43,096 bases of DNA from Phoronis australis (lineage: Eukaryota > Animalia > Phoronida): NCBI GenBank assembly GCA_002633005.1, contig NMRA01000454.1, positions 96,552 through 139,647 of the forward strand, read 5' to 3'. Made by a program: the position numbers and the translations under genes. Positions 24,290 to 38,173 of the stretch are shown one piece after another. The notes under the pieces were generated by a model that saw only the letters and a program-made list of their open reading frames with translations, was not told where the DNA came from and did no database searches. Every line of letters starts with the position of its first letter. The first letter of the stretch is position 1.

Positions 24290-25655
24290 AGATCATTTAC
24301 AAAGAATAATGTAACTGTAAACCACTTGTCAACAAGTACAGTATTTTCTTCAGGATGTAACTTTATGAAGTTTACGAACATTTTGGAAATTCAGATTTCT
24401 TAACAAACTTTTGGCTAAATATGTCATTTTTTGCTTGAATGATAAACAAGTTAATGTAACAATTTTCCGAGTGTTTCCCAAAAAACTGTTTTTTTTGTCC
24501 ACATGAAAATTTCATGATATGTTTGTTTTAACCACTCAACAAACCGGAGCCAGAAACCAGAAAGAAGACGACATTCCCAAAACAGATGGGGAAAAGTTAT
24601 AATGAGAGCATAAACAACTTGTTTTTATTTTAATTTCATTCAAATATATATTGGTTGGCAATATTCTGTGAATTAAGCGGTATTGAAACCAAAGCAATTT
24701 TGTATCTTTTGCACAAATGAAGGGGAGTTTATTTACTTTTCTTCACCATGTATCAAGGTCACTAAAATATACATTATTCATAACAATGTTTATATCTATC
24801 TCAGATGACCACTTGTTTTTATATTTACAAGCTGTCTGAAGTGACTGTACTAAGGTATCATAAATATTTATCGCTTGTGATTTTTATGCCAAATTTTATA
24901 AATATAACTTGGAAAATTTGGTAAACAGATAATGTCTTGTCTGTTCTTAAGACCCATGTACGCTGTACGTTGCACTTCTTAATTCATACATTTCTATTAT
25001 TGGAGGTTGAAAGTTATAACTGTTACAGAGTTTTTCGTATGACATAAAAGAACCTTCAGCAAAAACAACTCGCACACATGATAGACTACCCTTTCATAAT
25101 AGGTGTTGTAGAAAATAGATTTTCTACCGACTTTAATCTTTGAATTATACTTAAGGGGAGAATAAATAATATTTTCATTTTTGTCACACATTTGAAACAC
25201 CAGGAGCACAACATCGCTTGAAATTTCCTTCCAGAACAGATTGTCGGTTCCTTCAGCGTTTTATTAAAGAAAGCGTCCCCCATTTTAAAAAAGTTATTAA
25301 CTTTACAACCCAAAACTGCCTCTGCAAGGACACGTATGGTATTTGAAGTGAGCAGTTTACGAAGCCACGATATTTTCAAAGACTTATTAAAAACAAACAT
25401 GGACCATTTTAAACCATCACGATCCTGATTTTGTACAATTTCATTTCGGCTAACTCTGCCATCATATATTCCCATTCCAAATGAAGCCAAAAAAACTCGC
25501 TCTAATTCTTGAATCCTGACAACGGAGGGGCTAGGGAGGGATTGAAGCAAATGAACAATGTTGTGCAACAAAGTGTCTTTTACTACGGTTACATTACCTA
25601 AATCAGTAAGAAGTCCTCTTGACCAAGAGCCCACCATTTTCTTATTTTCCAAAAG
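24290..25655 (-). mobile_element. 5'-truncated L1/Tx1-type LINE, ORF2 C-terminal region
   Basis: WSRGLLTDLGNVTVVK..LLQSLPSP..DGLK..SLKISWLRKL; DTKLLWFQYRLIHRILPTNIYL and HLFWEC zinc-knuckle region at ~24560-24710. Confidence 0.85.
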
Positions 25656-25661
25656 CCTGTC

Positions 25662-27395
25662 ACTATAGATACTCTGCTCGTGTAAGCGCAGAGTACTGTT
25701 GTTCCTGTGTCCTGGGTGTACTTAAATTTTCTTCTTCTTCCTATTCTAATTCTTCTTCTTATTGTTCTTCCGACCAACTTTGAGGCCTAATAACTCCAAA
25801 TTGGATGCAGGTACGGTCTTTAAATTAAGCACATGACTTTTGACAGTATATAAATTTTGATTGGTTATATAATCATATTCCATATTGCACCGGAAGAGGT
25901 CGTTTGGTGCAAAGGTCACATAATTTTCAAAATGCTACTCCTCCTTCACTTTTAAAGCTATCTTTTTCAAATTCGGTGCACAGGTATCAGTCTACATGAC
26001 AATTTAAAAAATGACTTTTCTAAGTAATTGGGTCATCTAATCAGGTGAAATAGGTCAAAGGTCATTAGGTGCAAACTAAAATTTTGAGCTAGACACTTCA
26101 AATTGACAGGTCTGATTGCCACAGGTAAATCAAATCGGAATCCAAAGTTTCAGGTCATTTAGTGCAAACATGGGGTCATTAAGTGCAGTTTTCTTCTGAA
26201 AATTTGACCTTTTCAATCAGCAAGTATTCTGATGTGTCAACCGTTAGACAACTGTGATTCCCAGCGTTAAACACATTTTCCATTGGCTTTGCACTAATTC
26301 TCCTAAAGATGCTTAAAATGCACCGGATAAGGTCAATTAGTGCAAAGGTCATGTAACGTTCAAAATATTATATGTCTTACGTTTTTCAAGGAATTCTTTT
26401 CAATTTCAGCACACTGGTGTAAGTCAACATGCCAATTTAATACCCTACTTTACTTTGCAATAGGCGTAACCAATCAGAAAAATAGGGCAAAGGTCATTGA
26501 GTGCAAACTAAAATTTTGAGCTAGAGACTTCAGAATTACGCAGGAGTTTGGGGTCTGTTCGGAGATACATTCGAAGTATTCTTCCGTGAAATACAGACAG
26601 GAGAACCTAGAACTGTGCTGTTTAGATTTTTTGAGTTCTAAACACACCAAACGCTTGCTATCCCGACCAGTGGCTCGGAACCCGATCAGGCCCGTTGCAC
26701 GAACATAAACCAGCTTATGTTGGAAACTAAACCTCCAGTCACGAAAAGACTATAATAGTGAGCCAAAGAAATAATGGGAATTGGCCAAGAAACTGAAAAT
26801 CTACTTATTTGTAGGTGGCCAAGAAGTCGGGTTCCGTNAAAGGATAGCGGATTGTTCCTCGGTAACAGCATTGTTGGAGCTAAGTGCTTGAATGACTATT
26901 TTGTTGCACATTGTTTTTTCAATCCAGGTTCTGTTCTTAGTTAGAATGGGTTTCTTTTTGTCCATGTTAGCACTTCGCACGTCGCTTTTCCCACCATCAT
27001 TTTCTGACATCATCATTGGACTCTTTTAGAACTGGAATTCTTCCCTTCTTTTAAACATGGTTTATGTTGGAAACTCCTTTTTGTTTTCTGAATAGCAAAG
27101 TTAAATGTCACATTGCAGTATCAGTTGAATTGCACCATGTTTTCTATCTGTTAGCTGGCAGCAAAGTAGTAAAACTGAATTTTGCTTGGTTGATTGGGGT
27201 TGGCAGGGTTGGTTAGGGTTGGGGTTGGGGTTGCGGTTGGGTGGGGTTGGGGTTAGGGCTAATTTAACTCATTTACCAACATTATCAGATAGTTCTCATG
27301 TATATTAATGTTTATATTTATATTTAGTAGACTCACGAAGAAACACTCTCATACCCAATTACTCGCTCGCATTATTTACCGAACGTCGTCTTGTT
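25662..27395 (+). mobile_element. Helentron-associated non-autonomous element, composite, spanning the N at 26838
   Basis: 5' hairpin TACTCTGC..GCAGAGTA, (CTT)n tract, AAAGGTCATTAGGTGCAAA core repeats, GGGTT/GGTTAGGG tract at 27196-27258, CTTGTT end. Confidence 0.55.
26663..26837 (+). repeat. Inverted homolog of Kolobok-internal sequence 19915-20107
   Basis: CCAGTGGCTCGGAA..CACGAACATAAACCAGC..GGAAACTAAAC.TCCAGTCA..AGTGAGCCAAAG shared with the reverse complement of 19915-20107. Confidence 0.85.
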
Positions 27396-29391
27396 ATTCA
27401 CATTACGACAATTTTATGAAAAGCTATTTCACCCGCAACGGTTGACCTTTTCACCCTTTTCATATAGGACACTGCAAAACGTGCGTCATTTGAACCACTC
27501 CAGTTTCCAGTGATAGTCAAAAGGAGTCGTGACCAGGATACTGCGAAACCTGTTATTCCGGCTTCGTGATGCGTGAAACGACAGCATTTCTGTTGGTGTC
27601 AGCGGCCAGTGAGTGCAACTGATTTATTCATTACTGCGTTTTCCTGTTGCTCCCAACTTGGCGATTCTACAGCCCAACAACAAGTTGGGTAGTTTACCCA
27701 TGTAGCCAAAATCTTACGCGACTGATTAACTCCATTCTGGCATTCATGGTTGGAGGGCCAGCTCTCTTTTATTCGATAATTGCTAAAGATCGTATCTAGC
27801 CTGACTGGGCTGTGCTGTTAAAAATAAAAGTTAAGTTATAACATATTTGAACAAAAAAACAGCATGTTTGAAATCTTCGTCAAATGGTGATCATGTTCAG
27901 TTTTTGAGTCTCCAAAACCGCCGAACTGCAACCGAAGTTACGACAATTTATTCTTTCCGAATACACCAATTCACTCTGGGTTTGACTGTGTTCACACGAG
28001 GTCTGTAATAAGCCTGGTAGATAATTGGCCTGCCTGTTGTCATAACAGACAAAGACTATGCTTGGCAGTTAACAGAGAAGCTAGATTTTATCACACGCTC
28101 AGAAGCCCCTACGTCTGTTAAACTCACTGAACTGGAAAACGCTGTCATGAATATGAGAACTCACAGATAGGCCAGCACTCCCTTGTAGAGAAACAAAGAT
28201 GTGTTTACTCCAGTACACACACGAAACTGGTGTTTTATACCCAGCCGTATAAAAACCCATATCAAAATTTGGTGCCTAATAAATTTCATCTTCGTTTCAC
28301 GATATAGAATACAAGTTAGGTATGGTAGTAAGAACGTTAATACTTTATTCGTGGACGACATACAATGTAACCGTAAGATGCAAAATCGCAGTGGTCTTTT
28401 TTGAATTCATCGGCCACATACTCAATCCATTGATGTTAAAAAAATAGTTTGCATCGTTTAGCTGGCTAAAATCGAAAATCGAAATAGGCATTCTGTCAAA
28501 AAATCGGCGTTATGATATTTCTTATCCTAACATGATTCCATTTGAGTTGCCGGCAAGAACATCGAAACCAACAACGACTTAAAAACGCTAAAATTGCTGA
28601 TTTGAAAATGGTACGCTTGAGCTAACATGTTGCATTTGACATGTGCCACAAGCTCACTCGCTAACTATTAATTGTCATTCCTCAACTGCATCAAAATGTC
28701 GACTCTAGGGTCACCAACTCAACTCTTGAAAATTTGTGTGTACATGCATTCTGGCGGGATATGTTTACAATGTTTAGTTTTATTTTAGGCCAAGTTAGAA
28801 AATGAAGAACTGTGTCCATTTTTGGATCAAAAAGGTTCAGTTAGTCAAGTTGCTTTAAAACCGCTTAACGGGAAAGATAAATCTTTATGTGGACGTTGAA
28901 CTTCTCTATCAGAAGGCAATCTTTCAACTTTCAAATGGGTTTCCTGCTTTTTCGTTAAAACCTTCACTGGAGTGCCCAAATTTGGTAATTTTTTGCCCAA
29001 TTCTGTGTATTTGATCTTTAGCCATTTTGATGTACTCTTGGGGTAAGTTTGTGAGGTCTTGGGGATTCCCAATGATATTACTCCTCAGTTCGCTGTCTGA
29101 CTAAGAAATATAAAGATAAGAAAAATGGGCTTTTTGCTGTTTTCAAGCAACAGCCGATTGAAAAGATATAGAGTACCGTAGCGTTTTGTACAGTATACAG
29201 CTGTATCTCATAAACCACATCAACGGGCTTCATTTATTTTTTGCAAATATGTTTATGATGATCAAATCAGTCGACGTCAATTTTTGTACACATGTACTTC
29301 GACTACTGCTGGCCCCCTCGTGGTAGTTTCTATAATCATATTTCTTCGGTGAAATTATACCCTATTTCCTTCAAGTGATTACATAGTTTTA

Positions 29392-32300
29392 GCCATTGTG
29401 CCCAACATGTCGTCTTGACAGCTAACATATATCTGCCACCCAGGGCTCTGTTCGTGACAACTGTGTCATGTGGTATTGTTGTTGCTGCTGTGTTCTAGCT
29501 TTAGTTTAAGGGTCATGGCTTGATGCTGAGGAGAGTTATTTATGAGAGTGTTTTTTATTACGTCTAGATACGGAGTGCAGGCGNCCAACATGTCGTCTTG
29601 ACAGCTAACATATATCTGCCACCCAGGGCTCTGTTCGTGACAACTGTGTCATGTGGTATTGTTGTTGCTGCTGTGTTCTAGCTTTAGTTTAAGGGCCATG
29701 GCTTGATCTGCCACCCAGGGCTCTGTTCGTGACAACTGTGTCATGTGGTATTGTTGTTGCTGCTGTGTTCTAGCTTTAGTGTAAGGGTCATGGCTTGATG
29801 CTGAGGAGAGTTATTTAGTGTTTTTTATTACGTCTAGATACGGAGTGCAGGCGATCTTATTATTTATGAGTGGTCTGCTTGCTCATTAGAGGTCCTAGAC
29901 GCATAGTATAAAACCAAGTCTCTTTACTGAGATGTAATTCTCCTTAAATTTCGTTCTACATATTTTTGTATGAGAACTGTATGCACAATGTCTCTTTGTG
30001 TATTTTTATTATAACCTCGTTATCAAAAATACTGAGAGAATAAGCTTTCTTATGAGGATCAATTTTCATTTGTTTTCTATCCTGTGTTACATGTACGTCA
30101 TATTTCACATTGATGTATTCTGTGAAATCTATGATGTGCTTGCATTGTTGTTCTGTTTTGTGTACGTGGTATGAATGGGTCAGGATTGTACCACTATGTC
30201 TTTCGGTATTTTATTTTCATTTGATATATGTGGAAAACCGTTATAATGATGACAAGTAACCTCATTGAATTGTAGAGGGCTGGATCTCCATGAAAAACGA
30301 AAAGATGTTCTCGATTGTTTATGAGAAAAACAGTACTCCATATATTGCTTAGAGATCACTCACTTTAGTAAGAAAGAAAACAATAAAACAACAATGTGGG
30401 ATATTAACGGCTTATTTCAATTCAAATACAACAAACTCCCCTGGAGTGACGATCATCTTTAAGAACACCTTTGAGTATAAACTACAGTGTACATAACATT
30501 AGGCAAGACTACAACGGTAAGATAATACTATTAAAGAGGCAAGAATAACGTTAACTAAGACGTATTGTCCAAATAGAGACTCTACGTCTTTTTTGAAAAA
30601 ATATAGCAAGACATTCAAGATATAGGAAATTACTCTGTTCATTGGGCAGGCAATTTTAGTCTTGTTCTCGATCAGTCTCAGGACACGTTTTATCGTCGAC
30701 ATTATAATAACCCGAAGTCACGGCTTAAGTTGATGGACATTTGTACAGGATTGTCTGTTATAGGACTATTAGTGACGCGTGGAGAGAACTAAATAGCAAA
30801 TAATACACAAGGTGAGAGGGAACTAAATGGTCCAGACGAGATCTTTTTCTAATTTCTGAAAACCTTTTTAGCTATATTGAAGACTTCACAATAGAATTCG
30901 ATTACCGGACCAACCATTCAATGGTGACGGTTTTTTGAAATGTGCTGTTTCCAGGAGGAGGAAATCATTTTAGAAGTTTAATAACTCTCTCTCTTTTAAA
31001 ATATATATATTGCTGCGGCCAACGATGCTATTCAATTAGTTAAACAACAGAATATGACTGACGACGTTCAGAAAGTCGATAGTGCAAGTAATTCAAATTT
31101 ACAATTGTCTATAAATGATTAACTTTTTCTGGAAACGTTTTTGAGGGAGATTTGCGGCAAAACAATTTCCTTTGCTACTTACTTAAAAATAAAGAGCGAT
31201 ACCACTGAACAGTTAGACTTGATAGCGAACTTTTGGAACAAAAAACAATCAACCTGCCGAGCTTAGGCAAAAAAAGTTAAGAGGTCTTATGATTATGCCG
31301 AAAGCAAGGTGGATTGAAGAGGGCGACAAACCTTTCAAATATGCTCGTACTAGCTTGAAAAATATGCATTACACGAGTATGTTTATGGCATTTTGTGGAA
31401 ATCAGAGTATACTGAAACCAACAATGAAAAAGAGGTTATGCAGGAAACCAAAAATATTTTATGAAAATCTATACAAATACAGAATTCCTAATAATACTGC
31501 TTTAGAAACTCCTCTTGAAAAGTGTGTGTCTCCAAACCGAAATAGACAGAAAAAGAAAAATTAGCAGGTCTTTTTACATAATGAAGATGTCACATGATAC
31601 TTAAAAAATGAAAAACAACAAGAGCTCAGGCTCTGATGGTTTTTCGGTAGAGGACCAGTGGAATTTTTCAAATTTTTTGAGCTGACATTGGACATTTTGT
31701 TTTTCGCTCATTTATTAATGGTTTTGTTGTTGGTCAGTTATCATCAAGACAGTAAAACGAAGTGAATACCTGCATCCGCAAGGGAGCAGTTACAAGTAAG
31801 CATTATTTGAAAAAAAACTGGAAACCGATATCCTTACTCAGTGTGATATATAAATTGGCTTTTTCGGCTGTGGCTGAACGGTAAAAATCAGTTTTGAGAA
31901 AACTAATCAGTAAGGAAAAGACAGGTTTCGTTTTAGGAAGAAATATGAGTGAAAATATCCGCGTGATATATGATTTAATTTTGTATGTCCAAGCACCTGA
32001 CAAACCAGGATTGTTTTACTTATCAATTTGGAGAAAGCACTTGAATCATTGTCCTCAAAAGGATTTTCTTTTCTTAATTTTAGTTGGTCAATCAGAAGGT
32101 GGGTAAAAGCCTTTTATAGTAATAGAATATCGTGTGCTGTCGTAAATGGTCACTCACCTTACTGGTTCAGTATTTCGCGTGGCTGCAGACCATGTGACCC
32201 TTTCCCTCCCTATCTTTTAATATTGTATGCGGAGATTTTTGGCGAATTTAATCAAGAATAATGAAAATGTTGCTGGTTTAGTTTCAGAATATTTGATTTC

Positions 32301-33184
32301 GCAATAAGCTGACGACCGTCAATTACGTGGGTCGAAATTTAACACCCCTTGGCAGAGTAACTGTTATTAAAACATTACCAAATTCTAAATTATATTTGTT
32401 GTTGCCAAGTTTACCAAATCCACCAATAAAATTCATGGATGAATTGAATACAACATTTTTTAGATTTGTATGGCAGGCTCGCATTGATGTAAAATTAAAC
32501 GTACAAGGTCTGTTTAGGACTTGATCAAGGAGGCTTCAAACGGTTAATATGCATAGTTTTAGGAAAGCTTTAAAACTCGCCATGGCCTGTAGATATCTTG
32601 AAAGCCCTGCGTCTAAAAGAGGTGAATTACTGTACTCTCTCTTCCCGTTCTTAAAGAAATTTGCTTCATTTTGGAGGTAACTTTATTAAGCCGGAGTTGG
32701 CTCTGATTGGTAATTCTTACTGGAGCGACGTATTTGGAAGTATGACATCATTTTATGAGAAAATAATTGTTGCGAGTAAAAAGAACTTTTTGAATCAACC
32801 TTTGTGGTTTAATAGCAACTTGGGGATAGGAGGCACAAAGTCTTTTATAAGCCTTGGTTTGTAGAGGGCTTATGATTTATTAGAGGCTGCAGTATGGAGT
32901 TAAGGTGGACAATAAAATTTTCCCATTTCGCACATCATTTTTGATACGGCTCAAACTAACGAAATCACCACGTTAACTCCATACTGCAGCCTCTCGTGAG
33001 GTGCGCATGCGTGAATGAATGGATGTAATTATCTGTTTGTTTTGTTTTGTACTTGTTTATCAATCAGTCAATTTATTTCTGTAATGAAAGCCACAGGCCT
33101 ACTGTGCAAAAAGTAACGTGTAACATACTTCAGAGTGCAGCAGTAAATACCTGAAAAAATAAACCAATAAAAAATTTTAAAAAA
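29392..33184 (+). mobile_element. Decayed L1/Tx1-type LINE (APE + RT, internal deletions, A-rich tail)
   Basis: LNCRGL..KRKDVL..YSIYCL..THF (~30265); KARWIEEGDKP; KSSGSDGF; NWKPISLLSVIYKL; TGFVLGRNMSENIRVIYD; GCRPCDPFPPYL; Q*ADD; GRNLTPLGRVTVIK; AATAAA/A-rich end at ~33154-33184; 5' limit uncertain. Confidence 0.88.
32882..32994. mobile_element. 113-bp MITE inside the Tx1 LINE
   Basis: 22-bp perfect TIR AGAGGCTGCAGTATGGAGTTAA; no TSD visible. Confidence 0.8.
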
Positions 33185-34325
33185 TACTTGCTTCATCTAC
33201 TGCTGGCCCTTCTTGGCAGTTTTTATAATTATACATTATTTCGTCGGTGAAATTTTATGAAATGCAACGAAAATTTTCCATCGATAAAAAGATGGCACAT
33301 GCATGTGTAAGAACGACGTGATAACATTCTGTTACGATATTTTGTTTTCCGTCTTTTGTTGTACCTGATCATGAATCTTGATTAATATCGAAACGTTGTT
33401 TGCATGCTGCACTCTAACGTCGTTTTTGTTTTCCACTTCATACTTCTGCTTTGGCCAAACACTAATATTATTTACAGGCATATTTTCGAATGAGTGGAAC
33501 CTATGCTGCCCCACCAGTCACAGTTTTAGCACTTTGAAACCTAATTGCTATGTTTAACGTGTACCCCTCCCCTCTCAGCTGATAACTGATGCTGTGCCCC
33601 GGTAACGTTCACATTATTACCTGACAATCATTAAATAATATAAAGCCACTTTAACCTGAGTTTTGTCATTTTTACAGGATGCTAATCGTTTAACCGACTC
33701 CACCAAAATGTGATGTTGTCACTTGTTGTCAGGCTACAGTGAAAAATATAAATGACACCGGGTTTCAAACTATCATTGTAACTACGACTACTTACATCTA
33801 GTGTAGTAAAGTGATCTCGGATATATGAACAAATTGATAGGCAAACTAAAATGATAGTGGCAGCTTTGTACAGAATGGCAGGTAAGAATATGTGTCACTA
33901 AATTTTGCTGCTAGAATACTTAGGAATATAATATAACACATCAAACTGGTAACCCATACTCCTGACATCGGAATATGGCCAAGCCAAACAAAACATTGTG
34001 ACCAAATTTGACACATGAATAGAGCTAGCTTTTGAATGCGCCATGCAATTTTGATATTTTACTTCATTTTCTGTAATGTAGGCTTTTGTCCTCAAAATGA
34101 AAAAAATAATGTTCGGTTGGACCACTTCATGCAATCTTGAATCCTTTTAAAGGATTAATAATTGTTTTGAATTAAAATTCGAAGAATTGTTAATAAGTGG
34201 AAGCTAAATTGCACAAATCGGAATATTTCTTTAAAAATTGCATGAAATATTCATGTCATCCTAAAAATTGTCTCCAAGGGAGCTGTTTTGGTTATTGGCA
34301 CCGGGCAAATATGTTATCACTTGTG

Positions 34326-34390
34326 CATGGGCGTGCAACATAGCGGGAGGGGCTATAGCCCCCACTTTGTCAGTGCTGCACCGCCCTCTG
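34326..34390. mobile_element. hAT-like MITE, monomeric relative
   Basis: CATGGGCG..GGGGCTATAGCCCCCACTTT.TCAGTGCTGCACCGCCCTCTG. Confidence 0.55.
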
Positions 34391-35324
34391 TCAGTTATAC
34401 ATGTTCAATGAGTGAAAAGGTAACGTGGATATGTCAGACAGCATCATGGTCCCTATAAGGTTGATTCTCATTGTTTCTTGAAACCATTTTAAATGTAATC
34501 ATATTATAAAAGCAGTCGTTTAAAAATGCACAACTAAGGCATTTTTAGAACAAACTATGAACAAAGTTCATTCGTGATTTTTAAACTGTTCACACATCTA
34601 TCATCTATCCATAAACATACATTTCAAAAATCCACAGCCCTGCAAACTGTCTTGTAGAATCACTTGAGTGACATTCACTTTCAACTCTCAAAAAGTGTTT
34701 ACGGATCTACCTCACCTGTCCTGCAATGAATTCAGCGAAATTATTATTATCGATTTTAATTGGGTAGTTCTCACTTCTCCCTTTCTAATCCGATTATGTG
34801 TTTTCTCACATTACATGCAATCTACCTGTTTTTTATCTTGGAAAATTGCTGTTTTCAGTTTACCTGCAAAACCTATCATTTACTTCGTAAACCTTTGCAG
34901 GCCAATGGATGAAAAAAGACTACTTAGCCAATAAGCGCAAAATTGGTGACTTTTGTAATCGAGCCACACCACGATCACTACACAAAGTTTAAACCGAACC
35001 TAAAAGATTATCCTTAGGGTAATTTTTGTGATTTCTTTTGATTTTCCAGTAGAATGGCTCTTAAAGAAATACCAACAAAACGGTCATTTGGCTTATAGTT
35101 CAACACAATACACTTAGCTCGGCTTGCTACAGCTGACAGTTGGTCAGTTGGTGTTTCAGTCATTGCTCCCTCGGCGCTTACATGTACCTAGGTCTCTTCC
35201 AGCGTGTAGTCAAACGAGAGGGCAACACATTCGCGCCATTTTTAGTAAAAATGCAGTTTGCTGATTATCCCAGATAAATGTTTTAGTTAATTAGGGCGTC
35301 CTGTAATTTTATTAAATAGTTTTG

Positions 35325-35500
35325 CTCTATTCCGGAACTGACGTTTAGAGGGTTAAGAATTTCCGCCAATTTATTTCTGCGTTCGAGTTTACTGCGAGGA
35401 TTTGTTCCATTTTTGTTTTCGTGCCAGTTTCCTGCAATTGTGATCGTCACTTCCCATCGACGAGTATCTACGACAAGCTAAGTTGTTAGAGAACTCAAAT
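35325..35500 (+). repeat. Second copy of the promoter-like segment inside the 41209-42531 element
   Basis: TCCGGAA.TGACGTTTAG...AAGTTGTTAGAGAACTCAA, colinear with ~41322-41496. Confidence 0.85.
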
Positions 35501-37779
35501 AAGTTGTGGGATTTAGGCATCGTTTACGTTTGTAGTAGCCTGAAAATAACTGGAGTTGGCGAGCCATATCACGGACAGTAACGTGAGAGACGGAGACATT
35601 GTTCATTAATGGGAGTGGTGACGAGGGATTTTTTCATGAGCAATCAGTGGCCGGATAATGTTTGGGATCGACCGACTTTTGTGAATCAGATTACGCACAG
35701 ACAGCTGTTGAGAGGGATGAAGCAGAGACGGAGGTTTGACGTCAGGGTGGGACGTCTTGGTACAAAAGAACGGTATTCACTGTTATTCCGACCTCAGTAG
35801 AACACGTGTGCTATTCCCATTGGATGATGACCTGACCACCCAACCCACTTACGTCCCGCCGTGTACGTGTTGTCATCTCTTTCAAGTAATAAATCGTTAC
35901 GTTTAAAATTGTTTCTTTTACTAGAGAAAACTTCCAACTTTACAAGCAAGTATATACATTTAGGATGTGACCCACCGCACGCGAACACTGAGTATGAGTG
36001 AAGTATTTAAATTACTGGCGAAAAAAATGAAAGAAACTTAAGGATTCGGATCGAATGGGATGCCCCCTCTGTTACGATTTTCATCCAAACCCCTTTTTTC
36101 GCATTCACTGACAATTGTGGCTTTCGGACTACGTGCCACCTCTTGGCCACAAACCATTTGCCAATTAATGCTTTTTGTTTTGTTCTCAGGTGAACAAAAT
36201 CTCCACTTGTATTGATACATGTGCCAACAGCAGGAGGGTCATTATTTCACAAGCTAAAAATGGGAAGAAGATGATGTAGTAGATCCGTCCAATAACCATA
36301 TTAGGATTCGATGATTGTCAAGTACCCCCTCCCCCTCCCCAGCATCCGGCTGAGAGATAAAACGCTGCTTTACGGTGAATAGTCGACGCTCTGTTGCAAA
36401 CGAATGGAAGTTTTGAGTTAATTTGACACGTTGACCTACCACAACAATCGGACGTCACTGAAAGACTTCCGGACAAAGATAGACAATAAACAACCTCTAA
36501 CAATAGCAATGGATAAAAATAGCAACATATTTGTTGTGCGTCTGCATTATTCTGTCGGGTAATCTGATTACGATACAACATCAAACAGACTGACAGAGTT
36601 GAAATATGACACACAAAATTATTTGTCCTTTAAGTACCGGTAATGAGGGGTCTATCGTGAGCAGAGAACGAACTTGAATACCTGGCTAGTGCCATAGCAG
36701 AGACCAGCCGGTTCAATCATTTCTGCTTCTTGACTGGTGATAGTAACTTAGTAATGACAGTTGGCTCTCCTAACAATTACAGACGAAGTCAGATTAATCG
36801 GTCCCTTCGTCACAATTTAACTTATTTTGTGTTGATGTCTAGAGCGTGAATGCAGCACTTTTATAAACACACGTAAAAACAAACATAGAACTTGCAAAAT
36901 TTCTGTACCGCCTTCTTTTTGCCATTTTTAGTCATTTTCCGGGCCTCTGCACCTCACACGTTTACTTCATGAGCCTAAACTATCGCATTTTCGTATTTAG
37001 ACACGGTCAGAATATTTGCACATATATTTAAGATGCGTTTTCCCACGAAAAATCATCAAATGATATTATCCTGTAAACCTGGGTAACAAAACCAATGTCA
37101 CGGTCCTGATTTTGATGAAAACTTGCATTAGATCAAATAGGCTAACGCACGCGTGAGATATCACATGACCCGAATTGGTTGTTGAACCAAAACGAAGTTG
37201 GAAGTGTGTGTATAGCGAGAAAAAAGATGCCGCATTTTTGCTGTTGACAAAAATTCTTCAGAAAAGTACTTACATATGTCATGTTTGGGACAACCCTTTG
37301 ACAATAAATCTTCTCTTCACAACAGATTACAAAAATGAAAAGAAGTTGGTCGTATTTCAACGTGAGCGCTCACATCAAAGTCTGTAGTGCTCAACCCATA
37401 CGCAAAGAAACGAAGGCTAAACGCGAATCAGCACCCTTGCCTTTTGATCGGAGTTGCAAAGTGGACGAAGTTGAAGAAGTGCATCACAAAAAAAACTAAA
37501 ATGTCAAGAAGACGAGGAAACAGTTGTTGCCTCTTGCCAAGAAAAAAACAAACATATGAGGACGACCTGCCAGTTGAGTTCCGAATGGCTGTCAAACTAA
37601 ACAGATGGGTGTAGTAGGAATGAATCTGATCTTCTGGTTGGTTACTTTATGTAATGCAATCTTCTGATTGGTTACTTTATGATATAGTCTCTATGAAAAG
37701 AGTAATCTCGTGGTAATATAACCTATCTGATAATCACAAAGAAGTCAAACGGGCAGCGATACTCACCGTGTTCGTTAGG

Positions 37780-38173
37780 ATGAAGAATATGAAAACTGCC
37801 TCTTTCGTGGTGCTGCTTTTGGTGTGCGCCGTACTCGCAGAGACTGACGTGGACCAGGAACACGCTGAACAAGCATCGAAGCAATATTCCGAGTTGGATG
37901 GAACTGTCACCACCGAGGATATGGTTGAGCGGGAAGAAATGGACTGGCATAAGGAAGATATTTACACGGGAAGCGACTTGGATGACGAGCTCAATGAAAG
38001 AGAAGTAGACAATGGGCCAATGGAAAACATCGAAGGAAATGAGGTTGATGAAGATAAAAATAGAGAGGTAACAAGGGAAGAGAAGGAACAGGAAGAAGGA
38101 GAAGAAGACAAAACAAGCGCCGATGAAAATGGTGAAGATCAGAGCAAGCGACGAGTATTTGCAAAGAAGAGCT
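37780..38173 (+). CDS. Secreted WxxW-domain protein, coding exon 1 (signal peptide, acidic pro-region, KRR)
   Basis: MKNMKTASFVVLLLVCAVLA, ~100 aa rich in D/E, then SKRRVFAKKS; donor T|GTAAGT at 38174 (phase 1); possible acceptor TTCGTTAG at 37771-37778. Confidence 0.85.

Noticed and set aside
29403-29853. ~180-bp duplication as an LTR pair or biological tandem repeat
   Set aside because: The second copy starts exactly at the N join (29584); most likely an unmerged contig or haplotype overlap, although the partial third copy at ~29707 may be real
35061-36632. Complete Kolobok between TTAAAG at 35061 and CCTTTAA at ~36632
   Set aside because: The putative TIRs match poorly beyond the first few bases; only the internal 35325-35500 homology is supported
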